Source: Phaeosaccion multiseriatum
Taxonomy: Eukaryota; Protista; Ochrophyta, other classes
DNA: 64,000 bases
Assembly: GCA_965112735.1 (NCBI GenBank)
Contig: OZ218963.1
Location: 1 to 64,000, forward strand
Direction of reading: 5' to 3'
The position numbers and the translations under genes are program-made. Below are positions 36,820-48,911 of the stretch, piece by piece; position 1 is the first letter of the stretch; the number at the start of each line of letters is the position of its first letter. The notes beneath the pieces are model-generated. The model had not been told where the DNA came from, did not search any database, and saw only the letters and a program-made list of their open reading frames with translations.

Positions 36820-39800
36820 TGTAGTATAGTAGTAGGAGTTGTTGTTGTTGTTGTTGTTGTAAGAGGAAGAGCAGGCGTCGTGGCAGTGTGATCGTGAGGA
36901 GGGCGACGCTAACATCGTGAGCTGCCACCCCCTGCCACCCCTCCTCGCCATGGCTCTGCCCTCCCCTTCCATCCCTGTATCACCAACAGGCCAACACGAC
37001 GCGTCTCGAGGGAGGCAAGATGGTGAAGATGGCAAAGGACACGCCGGGCTTGCTCGACTTAGGGGGGGGCAAGAGCCCCAAGAGAAAGGAGAAGGAGAAG
37101 GAGAAGGAGAAGGAGGGGGGTGCAGGGGCGGCAGGAGGGTGGGCAGGAGGAGCGGGAGGAGGAGGAGCGGGAGGAGGAGGAGCGGGAGGAGGAGGAGCGG
37201 GAGGAGGAGGAGCGGTAGTAAGGCCGAGGAGTCGCGGGGGAGCGGGGGAGGGCGGCGGCCGCGGTTGCAGCCCAAAGGGGGCAGCAGCCCAAAGGGGGGG
37301 GTGGCAGGCGGGGCCAAGAGCACCGTCAGTGCCGGTAAGAAGGTAGCAGACTCCAAGGTGGGGGCTCAGGCGGAGGGGCAGCAGTTGGTGGTACAGCCGG
37401 AGAGCGGGAGTTCTGGCACCAGCAGCAGCGGGGCCTTTACACCTCCTCACAGGGGGGGGGGCAAAGCGGAGAGGACGGGCATCACTAGCGAGGTATGGGG
37501 GATCGGCAGTGGATGGCAGTGGATGGGGCGGGGGCTGCGGCTGTGGGTTTGTGGGTGCGTGCGTCACTTCAAAGCCCCCCAAATGGTTACGCCCCTTGGT
37601 CGAGCACTGAAACACTCTGTCTCATTCTCTCGTCCTGCTCCTCCCTCTCGGTGCCCACACGTGCCCACACACCTCCCCCATACGCTTCTGTCCTTATACC
37701 CCACCCCCCCCTTAGCACGTGGAGGTGACGTTCTCTCGCCTGAAGACGTACGGAGACCCCACCATGCCCTACCCCGTGTTCCTGACTCTCCTGCAGCAGC
37801 TCGCCAAGGACCACAGGCACACAAGAGCGGTGCGTCAGTCTCTTATTGTCAATCAGCAAGTCCATATCTAGTCAAGAGGTCCATGTCGAATGCTATCTGT
37901 GGGTGGCGCGTGAGACTGAGTGACTGAACCATACAGGGTGTGGTGACCAGCAGCAGTCACAGCCGCGCGAGTTGGTCGTACTGCCATAGTCACAGCACCA
38001 GCGACATCCTTACACCTCCCTGGCGCCTACCGCCTCACAACTCACACCTCACACCTCACACCTCACACCTCACACCTCACACCTCACACCTCACCCCTCA
38101 CACCTCACCCCTCACACCTCACCCCTCACACCTCACACCTCACACCTCACACCTCACACCTCACCCCTCACACCTCACACCTCACACCTCACACCTCACA
38201 CCTCACCCCTCACACCTCACACCTCACCCCTCACACCTCACACCTCACACCTCACCCCTCACCCCTCACCCCTCACACCTCACCCCTCACACCTCACCCC
38301 TCACACCTCACCCCTCACCCCTCACACCTCACCCCTCACACCTCACCCCTCACCCCTCACCCCTCACCCCTCACCCCTCACCCCTCACACCTCACCCCTC
38401 ACACCTCACCCCTCACATCTCACCCGTCACCCCTCACACCTCACCCCTCACACCTCACCCCTCACATCTCACATCTCACCCCTCACCCCTCACACCTCAC
38501 CCCTCACACCTTGATGGCTCAGGTGACTCAACTTGGGCCCTACACGGGGGACGCTGCGCGATTCCTCGCCCTCGTGTCCATGCTGCTCAAGGGAGGGGTA
38601 AGTCACTTACGTAATGGCTTACGTAATGGCACCTGGCAAGGGCTTAGCGAGTGACTGACTGACTGACTGACTGGCTGACTGACTGTCTGACTGACCGACC
38701 GACGTTGTGTGCCTCTCTCTCTCTGTGTCTGCGCGTCTCTCTCTCTCTTTCCGTCCCTCACTCCCTCTCAACGTCCCTCTCTCTTCCTCCCTTCCTCCCC
38801 CCCTCTCCCTCTCTCCTCCTCTCTCGCCTCCATCCCTCCCCCACATTGACTTACTGATCATTGACTTACTGATCCAGGTGGCATCTAAGGAGGTTGCCGC
38901 CCTTCGCCTGCGCTCCCAACACGCGGAGGGGAGGGCCCAGACCATGATGCTCCAGGCCGCTCGGACCATTCAGGGTGAGGCAGTAAGGCAGTGAAGATAG
39001 GCGAGCATGAGGCAGTGAAGGCTGTGGGCTGGCTTCCCACTCGCTGCGGAGGAGGGGCAGCGGCGGTGGGAGCAGCAGCAGCACATGCAGCTCTACACGC
39101 ACGTACGCAAGCTCAAGTGACGCACGCAAGCTCAAGTGACGTAAGCAAGCTCAAGTGACGTACGCAAGCTCAAGTGACGTACGCAAGCTCAAGTGACGTA
39201 CGCAAGCTCAAGTGACGTACGCAAAAAGCTCAAGTGACGTACGCAAAAAGCTCAAGTGGGAGCTTGGCGCTCCGCGTTGGCGTGAAGCCCCGCCCGCTCC
39301 TATAAATGGCCGTACAAGCTATTTTCAATGAGCCGCCAATGGTGCTTGCATTGATATGCTTGCAATGATATGGCTCACCTGTGTATGTGTGTGTGTTTGT
39401 GTGTGCGTACGTATGTGTGTGCTTGTGCGTGTGCGTGTGTGCGTGTATCCAGGGCTGCCCCGCCGCTTGAAGTGTCAGGACCTGGCGAGGCTGCTGCGCC
39501 AGGAGAAGGCCCACAGGGAACAAATAGAGAGAGAGAAGGAGGTGAGTGAGTCAGTGGGTCAGTGAATGAATGAATGAATGAGTGAGTGAGTGAGTGAGTG
39601 AGTGGATGAGTGAGTGAATAGATGTGTCGCTTGCCAGGCACTTTAATGTTGATGCGCAAATGGTGTTCATGTGCGGAGTAGAGCATGCAATAGGCAGGCA
39701 TATACAAGTGAAATTGAAAGGTACACGGGCAGGCAGGCTGGCCAACAAAGCCATGCTAAGGCTTATGTACAGGCATGCAGGCAGTTGGGAAGCAGGCTAT

Positions 39801-40004
39801 TGGGCAGGAAGAGGGAAAGGAGTCCTCAGACACTCAACTCTCTCTCTCGCCTCAGGTCACCTCGTCCTAATGCTCTCTGTTAGTCTCTGTTAGTCCGCCC
39901 GCCGGTCCGCTGCCTTAGGGTTAGGGTTATGGCTAGTCCACTGCCGCTCTCACCCTGCCTCCCATGAATCACGCACCGCCCCCCGCACACCCGCACACAC
40001 ACAA

Positions 40005-40077
<73 letters not shown>

Positions 40078-40353
40078 CACACACACACACATACACGCAC
40101 ACACTGGGTCTACGCCCCCCCCCCAGGCGGCCCTACTCCTGCAGCGCCGTGGCCGCGTGTTCCTCTCTCGCCAGCGCCTTCGCAACTTGGCCCTCTCCTG
40201 CTACCTCAAGTGTCGCGACTCTGCCACCGGACAGGTAACGTGTAGCGTGCACACCCTCACTCTCACCCTCACCTTCACTCTCACCCTCACTCTCGCCCTC
40301 ACTCTCACCCTCACTCTCACCCTCACTCTCACCCTCACTCTCACCCTCACTCT

Positions 40354-40387
<34 letters not shown>

Positions 40388-40431
40388 TTCACCCTCACTT
40401 TCACCCTCACCCTCGCCCTCACCCTCACATT

Positions 40432-40478
<47 letters not shown>

Positions 40479-40479
40479 T

Positions 40480-40561
<82 letters not shown>

Positions 40562-40605
40562 TTCACCCTCACCCTCACCCTCACCCTCGCCCTCACCCTC
40601 ACATT

Positions 40606-40664
<59 letters not shown>

Positions 40665-40689
40665 TCACCCTCACCCTCACCCTCACTCT

Positions 40690-40738
<49 letters not shown>

Positions 40739-40755
40739 GCCCTCACCCTCACATT

Positions 40756-40831
<76 letters not shown>

Positions 40832-40875
40832 TTCACCCTCGCCCTCACCCTCACCCTCACCCTCACCCTCATCCT

Positions 40876-40970
<95 letters not shown>

Positions 40971-41055
40971 TCACCCTCACTCTCGCCCTCACTCTCACCC
41001 TCACTCTCACCCTCACTCTCACCCTCACTCTGGCCCTCACCCTCACCCTCACTCT

Positions 41056-41118
<63 letters not shown>

Positions 41119-41169
41119 CCTTACTTTCACCCTCACCCTCACCCTCACCCTCGCCCTCACCCTCACATT

Positions 41170-41209
<40 letters not shown>

Positions 41210-41211
41210 TT

Positions 41212-41305
<94 letters not shown>

Positions 41306-41307
41306 TT

Positions 41308-41365
<58 letters not shown>

Positions 41366-41367
41366 TT

Positions 41368-41405
<38 letters not shown>

Positions 41406-44400
41406 TCCTCACCCTCACCCTCATCCTTACCCATCCTCACACACGCTGTCGGCCTCTCACCCACTCAAGTCCTCTCCCTCTCCCCTCTCTCTCTCTTGCC
41501 CTCGCGCTCTCTCTGTTGTAAGGTGTACTACTTCAACCCCAGGAGCGGCACGAGTGTGTGGGACAAGCCCCGCATCTTCGGCAGGTGTGTGTGGTGTGTG
41601 TGTGTGTGTGTGCCAGTTGTGGCTTTAGTTGGGATTTCGCTAAATTTCGGACGCGCTAACCAGCTCCCTCACTACTTCTCCCCTCCTAACTGACTCACTG
41701 ACTGACTGACTGATTGGCTGAGTGAAGGACTCTCGGTTTGAGTTTGAGTTGACGGGGCTGCATCGCTCTTCCTTTCCCTACAAAACAAAACTCTCGCTCA
41801 CCCCCCCCCCAACGCCTACCACGCCCCAACCTTCCTTCCCTTCCCTTCCCTTCCCCTCCCTTCCCTTCCCTTCCTTGCCTGTGGCCACCCCCCAAATATG
41901 TCGTGCCTCCCCTGACGCCCCTGACCCTATCCCCTGATGTGCAGTAAGGACATTCTTCAGGTGGTGCGCATGCCCAAAAGCTCGCAGCTGCTCGTGGTGC
42001 TCTGCCTCCAGTGCGGGCTGAGGGCCGCTTCCTCCTTCTGCCTCGACTGCGATGACCTCTTCTGCGAAGAGTGCTTTGCCGATCTGCACACGGGGGGCAA
42101 GACGAAGGAACACACCAAGGTACGTAAGAGGGTACGTAAGAGGGTACGTAAATCCTTCGATGGGATGACTACCCACGGGATGGGCTCACGCGCCGCCCGC
42201 GTCTATCCTGACACCTCTGATGCCCTCCGCTTCCCTCACAGACGACGGTGGATATGTGTGTGGAGTGCGGTTTCCAAGCTGCCGTGCGGAAGTGCAACGC
42301 CTGCAAGGACGAGTTCTGCTGGAGCTGCTTCGACTTTATACACAGCAAGGGTGAGTGAGTCAGCAAATCAGTCATAGTCATGCCCAGCCCTCAGCAAGGG
42401 TCCGTCCTGTCATGTGCGCTCGTAGCTCACTCCCTCGGCAACTGCTCCCTCCCCCTGTTCCTTATCTACTTGCCTCCTCCTTGTGGCTCATTAGGTCGGC
42501 TTGCACGACACACATGGGAGCCCCTTGCCGGCGTGTGTATGGACTGCAAAGTGGCCCCTCACACGCACGCCTGTAGCGGCTGCCAGGACGGGGAGGAGGG
42601 GCACCAGTTGGCTGTACGGCAAGGCACTGGCGACGACGACAAAGACGCTGACTCACGGGTGCTGCTGTGCAAGCCCTGCCTGGACGCGAGGCACGCCGCC
42701 ATCATGCAGGAGTTGGTGCTACAGCAGCAACAACAGCACCAGAAGTATGATGATGAGGGCAACCCCCTCCCGCTGGACCCCTTGGTGCTCCAGCAGCTGC
42801 CCGCTGTGACGCTCCCCGAATGCCACCAAGTGGAGGCCGTGGCCTTCGTGCCGCTTAAAGTGGCGCAAATGCGGAAAGCGGTGAGTGAGCACGCATGTAC
42901 GCATGCCCACTGGCACGCCACGGAATGCACCTTCACCTTCCTTCCTCTGTCTGTCGGGCCGCTGTATCACCAACTACTGTGCTATGCTGTGCAGTGCTGG
43001 ACTTGCTCTACCGATGCCCGGACCGCAGATGGTGCTCACACTCACCCCTCCTCTCCCCCTAACCCCCTCACCCCCACCCACTTCCCCGCGCGATGCCCCT
43101 TTGCCTCTCTGCCTCCCTGTCCGTCTACCGCTGCCCCTGCCCCTGGCCCGCGCCCTCCCCTGTCAGTCGCTGGAGCTCAAGGCGGCTCTGCTGCGTGACG
43201 CCGCGGAGGAGGCCAAGCGCAAGGCCGCGCACGCGAGGAAGGTGCAGACCCACGCCATCAAGGTGCAGGTAAGTCAGGAAGTCAGTATGTCAGTAAGTAA
43301 GTAAGTCAGTGAGGAAGTCAGTCAGGAAGTCAGTCAGTCAGTCAGTAAGTCAGTGAGTCAGTGAGTCAGTCAGTCAGTCAGTCAGTTAGTCAAGTCAGTC
43401 TGTGAGGGGCAACAAAGAGCAGGGTGCTACATGAAGCTTCGTTCAGCGCGCGGAAACTAGATTCTCAGACGCCGCCCTTGCCCCGCCCATTGCCATCCCC
43501 CCCCCATCCATTGCCATCCCCACCATATCAGGCCAAGTGGCGCGGCAAGAAGGTGCGGCGAACGGTGGAGGAGCTGCGGGAGATGCGGCGCAAGTGGAAG
43601 AGGGAAAGGGACGCGGAAGATACCATCAGGAACTCGCTCAGGTCAGGGGAGGGGATGGCAGTGGATGGACAGGAGGGGAGGGGAGGTGTCTTGTGGGGAG
43701 ATTGTCTTCTGAAGCTCCGTGTGACGCTCCATATGGGGCAGAGCGACGCAATTGCGACTTCGGGGCGGAACAGCGATAGCCTCCCTCGCTAGGAAGGGGC
43801 CCAGCTGCTGTGTGTGTGTGCGTGTGCGTGTGCGTGGACCATGGACAGTGCCCTACTTCATCTCACGGAAACCTTTCCTCCGTCCCTCCATTCCTATATC
43901 TCCCTCTGTATCACCAACCCCCCAACCAACAGATACAGGGCCCTGCTGGAGGTGGGCCGCGCCCCTCCGCTGAAGAGCGACACGGACAAGGAGAAAGTGC
44001 TGAAGCGCTTTTGGAAGACGCAGTACAAGACCGTCAAGGAGGTGGTGACCACGGATGGCAGGGGGGGGGGGGGGTGGGAGGGCTGCGCGAGGATGGTGCG
44101 AGAGCAGGAGTTCTTCGAAAAGAAACTCAAGCGGGTGGGTGGGCACGAGGTAGGTGGGGATGGCAGTGGATGTGACATTGCCAAGGCCAAGGCGAGGCAG
44201 CCACACCAGGGGGGGGGCAGTTGCTTGTACGGCGAGGAACTCTCTTTTTGGAGTCGACGTCGATCTTGACATCGATATCAACACCGACACCGACATGGAC
44301 CTCGGGCCCCTCATTTCTCCCTCTCGTGTGATACAGGCCCTTCCTTCCACTGCCATCCCATCGCCGCCCCCCCAACGCACTGCTCTCCACTACCATTCCA

Positions 44401-46399
44401 CCGCCACCCCCCCACACACACTTCCATCGGCTGCCATCGTCTGTTCCACCTCACCCCCGCCCCCACAGGCCCGCAAGGAGCGGAAGGCCCTGCTCAAGGT
44501 CAATGCCCGCCTCCGGGCCCTGCGCCTGAGGGAGAGGCAGCTCCAGAGGGTGGCGCAGAGGTGTCAGGACAGGCACAAGGCGGCCCGCAGAGGCTTGGGC
44601 TCAGACGGGTCAGGACCAACCAAGGAGCAGAAGCAGCAGTTGCAACAGCTGGCGCGAAAGGCCAAGCAGGAGCTGAAGGACCAACGCGCCAAGGTGGCCG
44701 CTCTGGAGCAAGGGGAGAGGGCGGATGTGGAGCGGCGTCTGGCGCAGCTCGTGGGGCCGAGGAGGCTCGACAAACTGATGGACAAGGCCAAGAGGTGCGT
44801 TGCAGTTGCAGCTAGTTTAAATACGTATACTTATGTAAGCTTTCCGAAGCGATGCCTACCCTGAGGGGGGCGTGAGGGACTGCCTCACTGCCTGACCGCA
44901 CATGGTGCATTTGCTGGTTCGTCACTTTCCCCATTTTTCCTTGCTCACTTCCTTTCCAATGTATACTGCAACACACTTGCACTGTCCAGGCACGGCATCG
45001 AGCTGCCCTTCACTGTGGACCTTCGCTTGGGCAAGCGGATGGCGCTGCTGCCCACGGACGTCAAGGTAAGTCGGTGGGGGGATGGGATGTGGATGAGGTG
45101 TCCTCCCTCCTCCCTCGCTCTACCACCACATGCCATCCACTGCCATCCTCCGTCCTCCCTCCCTTTGCCAAGCACTATCATCCATTGCCATCCACTGCCA
45201 TCCACTGGTGTCAAGCCCCCGACGGAGGTGGAGAGCTCTCGGCATCAATCCCGACCCACTCTGACCCGCCTGTCCTCACCATCCGACCCTGACCCTGAAC
45301 CTCACCCTGAACCTTCAGATGAAGGACGTGGTGGGGCGTCTGCATGCAGGAAGCCGCCTCCGGATCAGCCTCGACCCTGATGGGGAGGCCTTCAGCAGGG
45401 GGCAGTTCTTGCTACTGGGAGTGGACCTCTGTAAGTTTGCCCCATCCACTGCCATCCTCTCTGACCATGCGTGACCATGTTTACGTCCACTTTCACTGGC
45501 GACTTTCTCCTTCCCTCCCCTCTGCCCCTCTGCCCGTGCTGAAGTGTGTTTGAGCATTCACTCTGCCCTCTGCTAAAGTGCTTTGCTCCTTTTCGCGTCG
45601 CGCTTACTACTCTCTCACTCACACACACACTAACACACAACTCCTCAACGAACAATCACAGGCCGGGATGAGGGAATCGATCCGTTGGGATCCGGAGACA
45701 TCACAGTCGGCTCGGCCGAGAAGCAGAATGAGGGGGGAAACGACGGCGCCGGCGGCGGCGGAGGAGGAGGAGGAGGAGGAGGAGGAGGAGGAGGAGGAGG
45801 AGGAGGAGGAGGAGGAGGAGGAGGAGGAGGAGGAGGAGGAGGAGGAGGAGGAGGAGGAGGAGGAGGAGGAGGAGGAGGAGGAGGAGGAGGAGGAGGAGGA
45901 GGAGGAGGAGGAGGAGGAGGAGGAGGAGGAGGAGGAGGAGGAGGAGGAGGAGGAGGAGGAGGAGGAGGAGGAGGAGGAGGAGGAGGAGGAGGAGGAGGAG
46001 GAGGAGGAGGAGGAGGAGGAGGAGGAGGAGGAGGAGGAGGAGGAGGAGGAGGAGGAGGAGGAGGAGGAGGAGGAGGAGGAGGAGGAGGAGGAGGAGGAGG
46101 AGGAGGAGGAGGAGGAGGAGGAGGAGGAGGAGGAGGAGGAGGAGGAGGAGGAGGAGGAGGAGGAGGAGGAGGAGGAGGAGGAGGAGGAGGAGGAGGAGGA
46201 GGAGGAGGAGAAGATGGAGACGGATTCTTCGGAGGGGCCTGGGATGAGGACGGAGAGGGGGACGCAGTCATGATGAGGCACGCCCTGAGGCTCAACAGAC
46301 ACTGGTGAGTGAGTGAGGGAGTGAGTGAGCAAGTGAGCGGGGGATGGCAGTGAATGGGGGAGGGTGTATGAGCGGGCGATGGCAGTGGATGAGGGGGGC

Positions 46400-46441
<42 letters not shown>

Positions 46442-48911
46442 ATGAGGCTTGGCGTGTGTGGGTGTAGAATGAGTCAGAGCGGGGAAGGGAAGGGGGATGG
46501 CAATGGAAAGGCGGTGACTACATGCCCGCCGCCGCCTGCAGCTCAACCTCAACCTCAAACTCACGTCGCGCCCCCCCCCCCAGGCTGGACTCGGACTGCG
46601 CCTCTCTCAAGCTCTTCAAGATGCCCATCCTGCCCCCCTGGAGAGAGGCGCTGCACAGGGGGGGGAGGGCGGCCAGGGCCATGTTCCTGTACCAGGTACG
46701 TACGTACGTACGTACGTAGGAGTGTGCAAGGGCGTGATGCCCATTGACTTACTGTGCGTGAGGCCATGCCCGTGACTTGCAGTCAGTCTACTTTAGAGGA
46801 AGTGGAGGGTGGGCAGTGCTCAGATGGCCTGGGAGCACGGACATTCTCGCCCACTGCAATCCTGCTCTCTACAGCGTCCTCACCGCCCTGACGTGGTCAG
46901 CGTGGTCAGCTAGCTCGCCGCTCAACGTCCCCTCTGCCTCTCCTCCCAACGCCCCCTCTTGCTCCTCCCACCTTCCTCCTCCGCTCCTTTCTCCCCCGTC
47001 CACTGCCATCTCCTTGCCAAGCTCTGCCTCAAGGCCGCTGCCGTGTGGGTCCATCTGTGGCGGCTGAGGCTAGAGAAGGTCCAGTCGGAGTACGACGATG
47101 ATAGTGCCGCCTTCCGCAGGATCGGCAGGTGGATTGAGAGCTGCCATGCAGGGGAAGGGGAGCTACTGCAACGCAGAAACAGGGTAAGAGGAGGATGGCA
47201 GTGGAAGGAGAGTGGGGGAAGGGCGGGGTGCGAGGGGGATGGCAGTGGATGGGGGATGAGAGGGGGATGGCATTGGATGGGGAAGGAGAGGGGAGATGGG
47301 GGGAAGTGGGTGGAGGAGTGAAAGCCTGAAGTGGATTAGACAGATACTTTTCCTCAGGTCTTGCGGTCCCGATTGCTCGATGGTCGGATTGATGGGTACT
47401 GATGATGGACTCCTCCTCCCTACCCCCTCCCCCTTAGGTGTTCGACATGGACGCGGGCTTCAAGGTGTCGTCGCGCTGGCGCAAGATCAAGAAGGCCTTG
47501 GCGTTCCTCGCCACTGTCATCAAGGAAGAGGCCAAGGTCAGTACTTCAATCCTTCCTGTCCAGCACCACCCTGCCCATGACGTCCCCCCCACCTCCCGCC
47601 GCTGGCTTTCTTTCAGTATAATCATCCTATACGCCTCTACATGCAGTCCATACGCCCCTATCACGTTCACCATACGCCTCCATCATCTCTATGGCCCTCA
47701 CCGTCCTCCCCCCACCCGCACGTCCTGCTCCTCCCCCCCCCCCCCCGCAGGAGGCCGTGGCCAAGACAGATGACGCCAGCGTGCTCAGGGACACCTTCAA
47801 CGAGTGGCGCGCCTCCGACTCGAGAGAGCCCGTGTTCGTGGTGCTCATCCGGGAGGACTCACAGCTGGCGGTATCCCCCGTGCTGCGGGCGGACATGAGC
47901 ACCCCCCTGTACATTGTGAGGGAGTTTGTGCGGCGCTTCTGCGGGAAGTGGCTCAACGATAACGCCATGGGGGAGGTTAGTGCTCACTCTTTCTCTTTCT
48001 CTCTCTGTGGGCAGTAAGTAGCACCAGTGAGAGCACCAGTGAGGATATGGGGAGATGGGCATATGGGTAGCAGGTGTGCAGCACGGAGAGAGAGCAAGTC
48101 ACGCACGCACACACGTGAAAGCCATCGCACCACCACACACATCACATACACACACACACACACAAACGTATACATACACACAATACACACACGCACGCAC
48201 GCGGGTCAGTTGGAACTGATCGGACCCGACTGCCGCCCTCCGTGGGTCATTCCGTTGCCACGCTTACCCCTTACCACTGCGGTCCACTACCATCCGTCCC
48301 GTCCCAGATGTTCGAGATGGAGACGAGCAAGGGCAAGGTCATGAGCCTGAAGGAGGAGAAGACGCTCTACCGCGGCAAGGTGCTGCTGGAGCTGCTGCGA
48401 GACCGACTCAATAAGGACACAAGAGAGATGGAGGCCGTGTTGTACATTCGCGAGATGCCGCCAGGCCCGCCCACCACTGCCCAGCGCCTGGCAGGAGCTG
48501 ACCCCCCGGGGGGGCTGGAACCGGAAGACGGCGTCGTTCGGACAGAGTGGGATCTCGTGCCCGATAAGGTAAGCCAAAAGGGAGGCACGGGCAGTGCCTC
48601 GTCCCTGCTCGTTCTGTATGACGGACTGCAGCATCATGTCACTGTCTTCCTCTTTGACCCTTGACCATTGAGCAGCGGCAGCCAAGCAACGTCTGTCCGC
48701 CTGTCTCATGCCCCTCTCCGTCCCCTTCCATACCCCCCCCCGCCCCCCCCAGGACATCATTGAGGAGGTGGTGGAGGACTTGTCCGACGACGAGGACAGC
48801 GAGTACGGCCGTAATGCGGTGCAGCTGGGCAAGGAGGGGCAGGAGGACGATGACGACGAAGAACTCGCCGAACTTATGGCGGCAGACGCGGAGGAGGAGG
48901 AGGACGGGTAG
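29890..48911 (+). CDS. Large multidomain protein: multiple IQ motifs, p25alpha(TPPP)-like domain, WW domain, three B-box-type Zn fingers, coiled coils, poly-Gly tract (~37 exons)
   Basis: Phase-consistent exon chain ending at TAG 48909-48911. IQ motifs: [66 protein letters not shown]. p25alpha-like: [56 protein letters not shown]: [23 protein letters not shown]-boxes: [23 protein letters not shown] and [21 protein letters not shown], plus a third degenerate copy. Start uncertain (ATG at 29728, 29890 or 30088). Confidence 0.8.
31625..32203. repeat. (CTGA)n intronic microsatellite, ~580 bp
   Basis: Direct reading; first intron of the large IQ gene. Confidence 0.97.
32774..32874. repeat. (GT)n intronic microsatellite
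   Basis: Direct reading. Confidence 0.95.
35408..35511. repeat. (TTC)n(TTG)n intronic compound microsatellite
   Basis: Direct reading. Confidence 0.95.
36732..36860. repeat. (AGC)n(AGT)n(GTT)n intronic compound microsatellite
   Basis: Direct reading. Confidence 0.95.
38033..38510. repeat. (CTCACAC/CTCACCC)n 7-bp intronic repeat
   Basis: Direct reading; ends ~12 nt before the acceptor. Confidence 0.95.
39102..39258. repeat. 19-bp intronic minisatellite CGTACGCAAGCTCAAGTGA, ~8 copies
   Basis: Direct reading; the last two copies carry a 3-nt A insertion. Confidence 0.95.
39990..40103. repeat. (CA)n intronic microsatellite
   Basis: Direct reading. Confidence 0.95.
40254..41430. repeat. (CCCTCA)n telomere-variant hexamer array in an intron, ~1.17 kb
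   Basis: TGAGGG-type repeat with CTCTCA/CTTTCA/CATTCA variants; lies in the intron that splits the WW domain. Confidence 0.97.
45760..46209 (+). repeat. (GGA)150 exonic trinucleotide repeat
   Basis: Pure repeat inside exon 45662-46304. Confidence 0.95.

Noticed and set aside
40133-41521. EG/LT/VR dipeptide ORFs
   Set aside because: They lie in an intron; the WW domain is continuous only if the repeat is spliced out.
45578-46273. Poly-Glu ORF (and antisense poly-Ser/poly-Pro) over the GGA repeat
   Set aside because: Flanking splice phases select the poly-Gly frame.
28133-47021. AAG 3' splice sites at 28133(-), 33771, 41522 and 47021
   Set aside because: About 4 of ~60 introns, which is within the normal minority usage of AAG acceptors.
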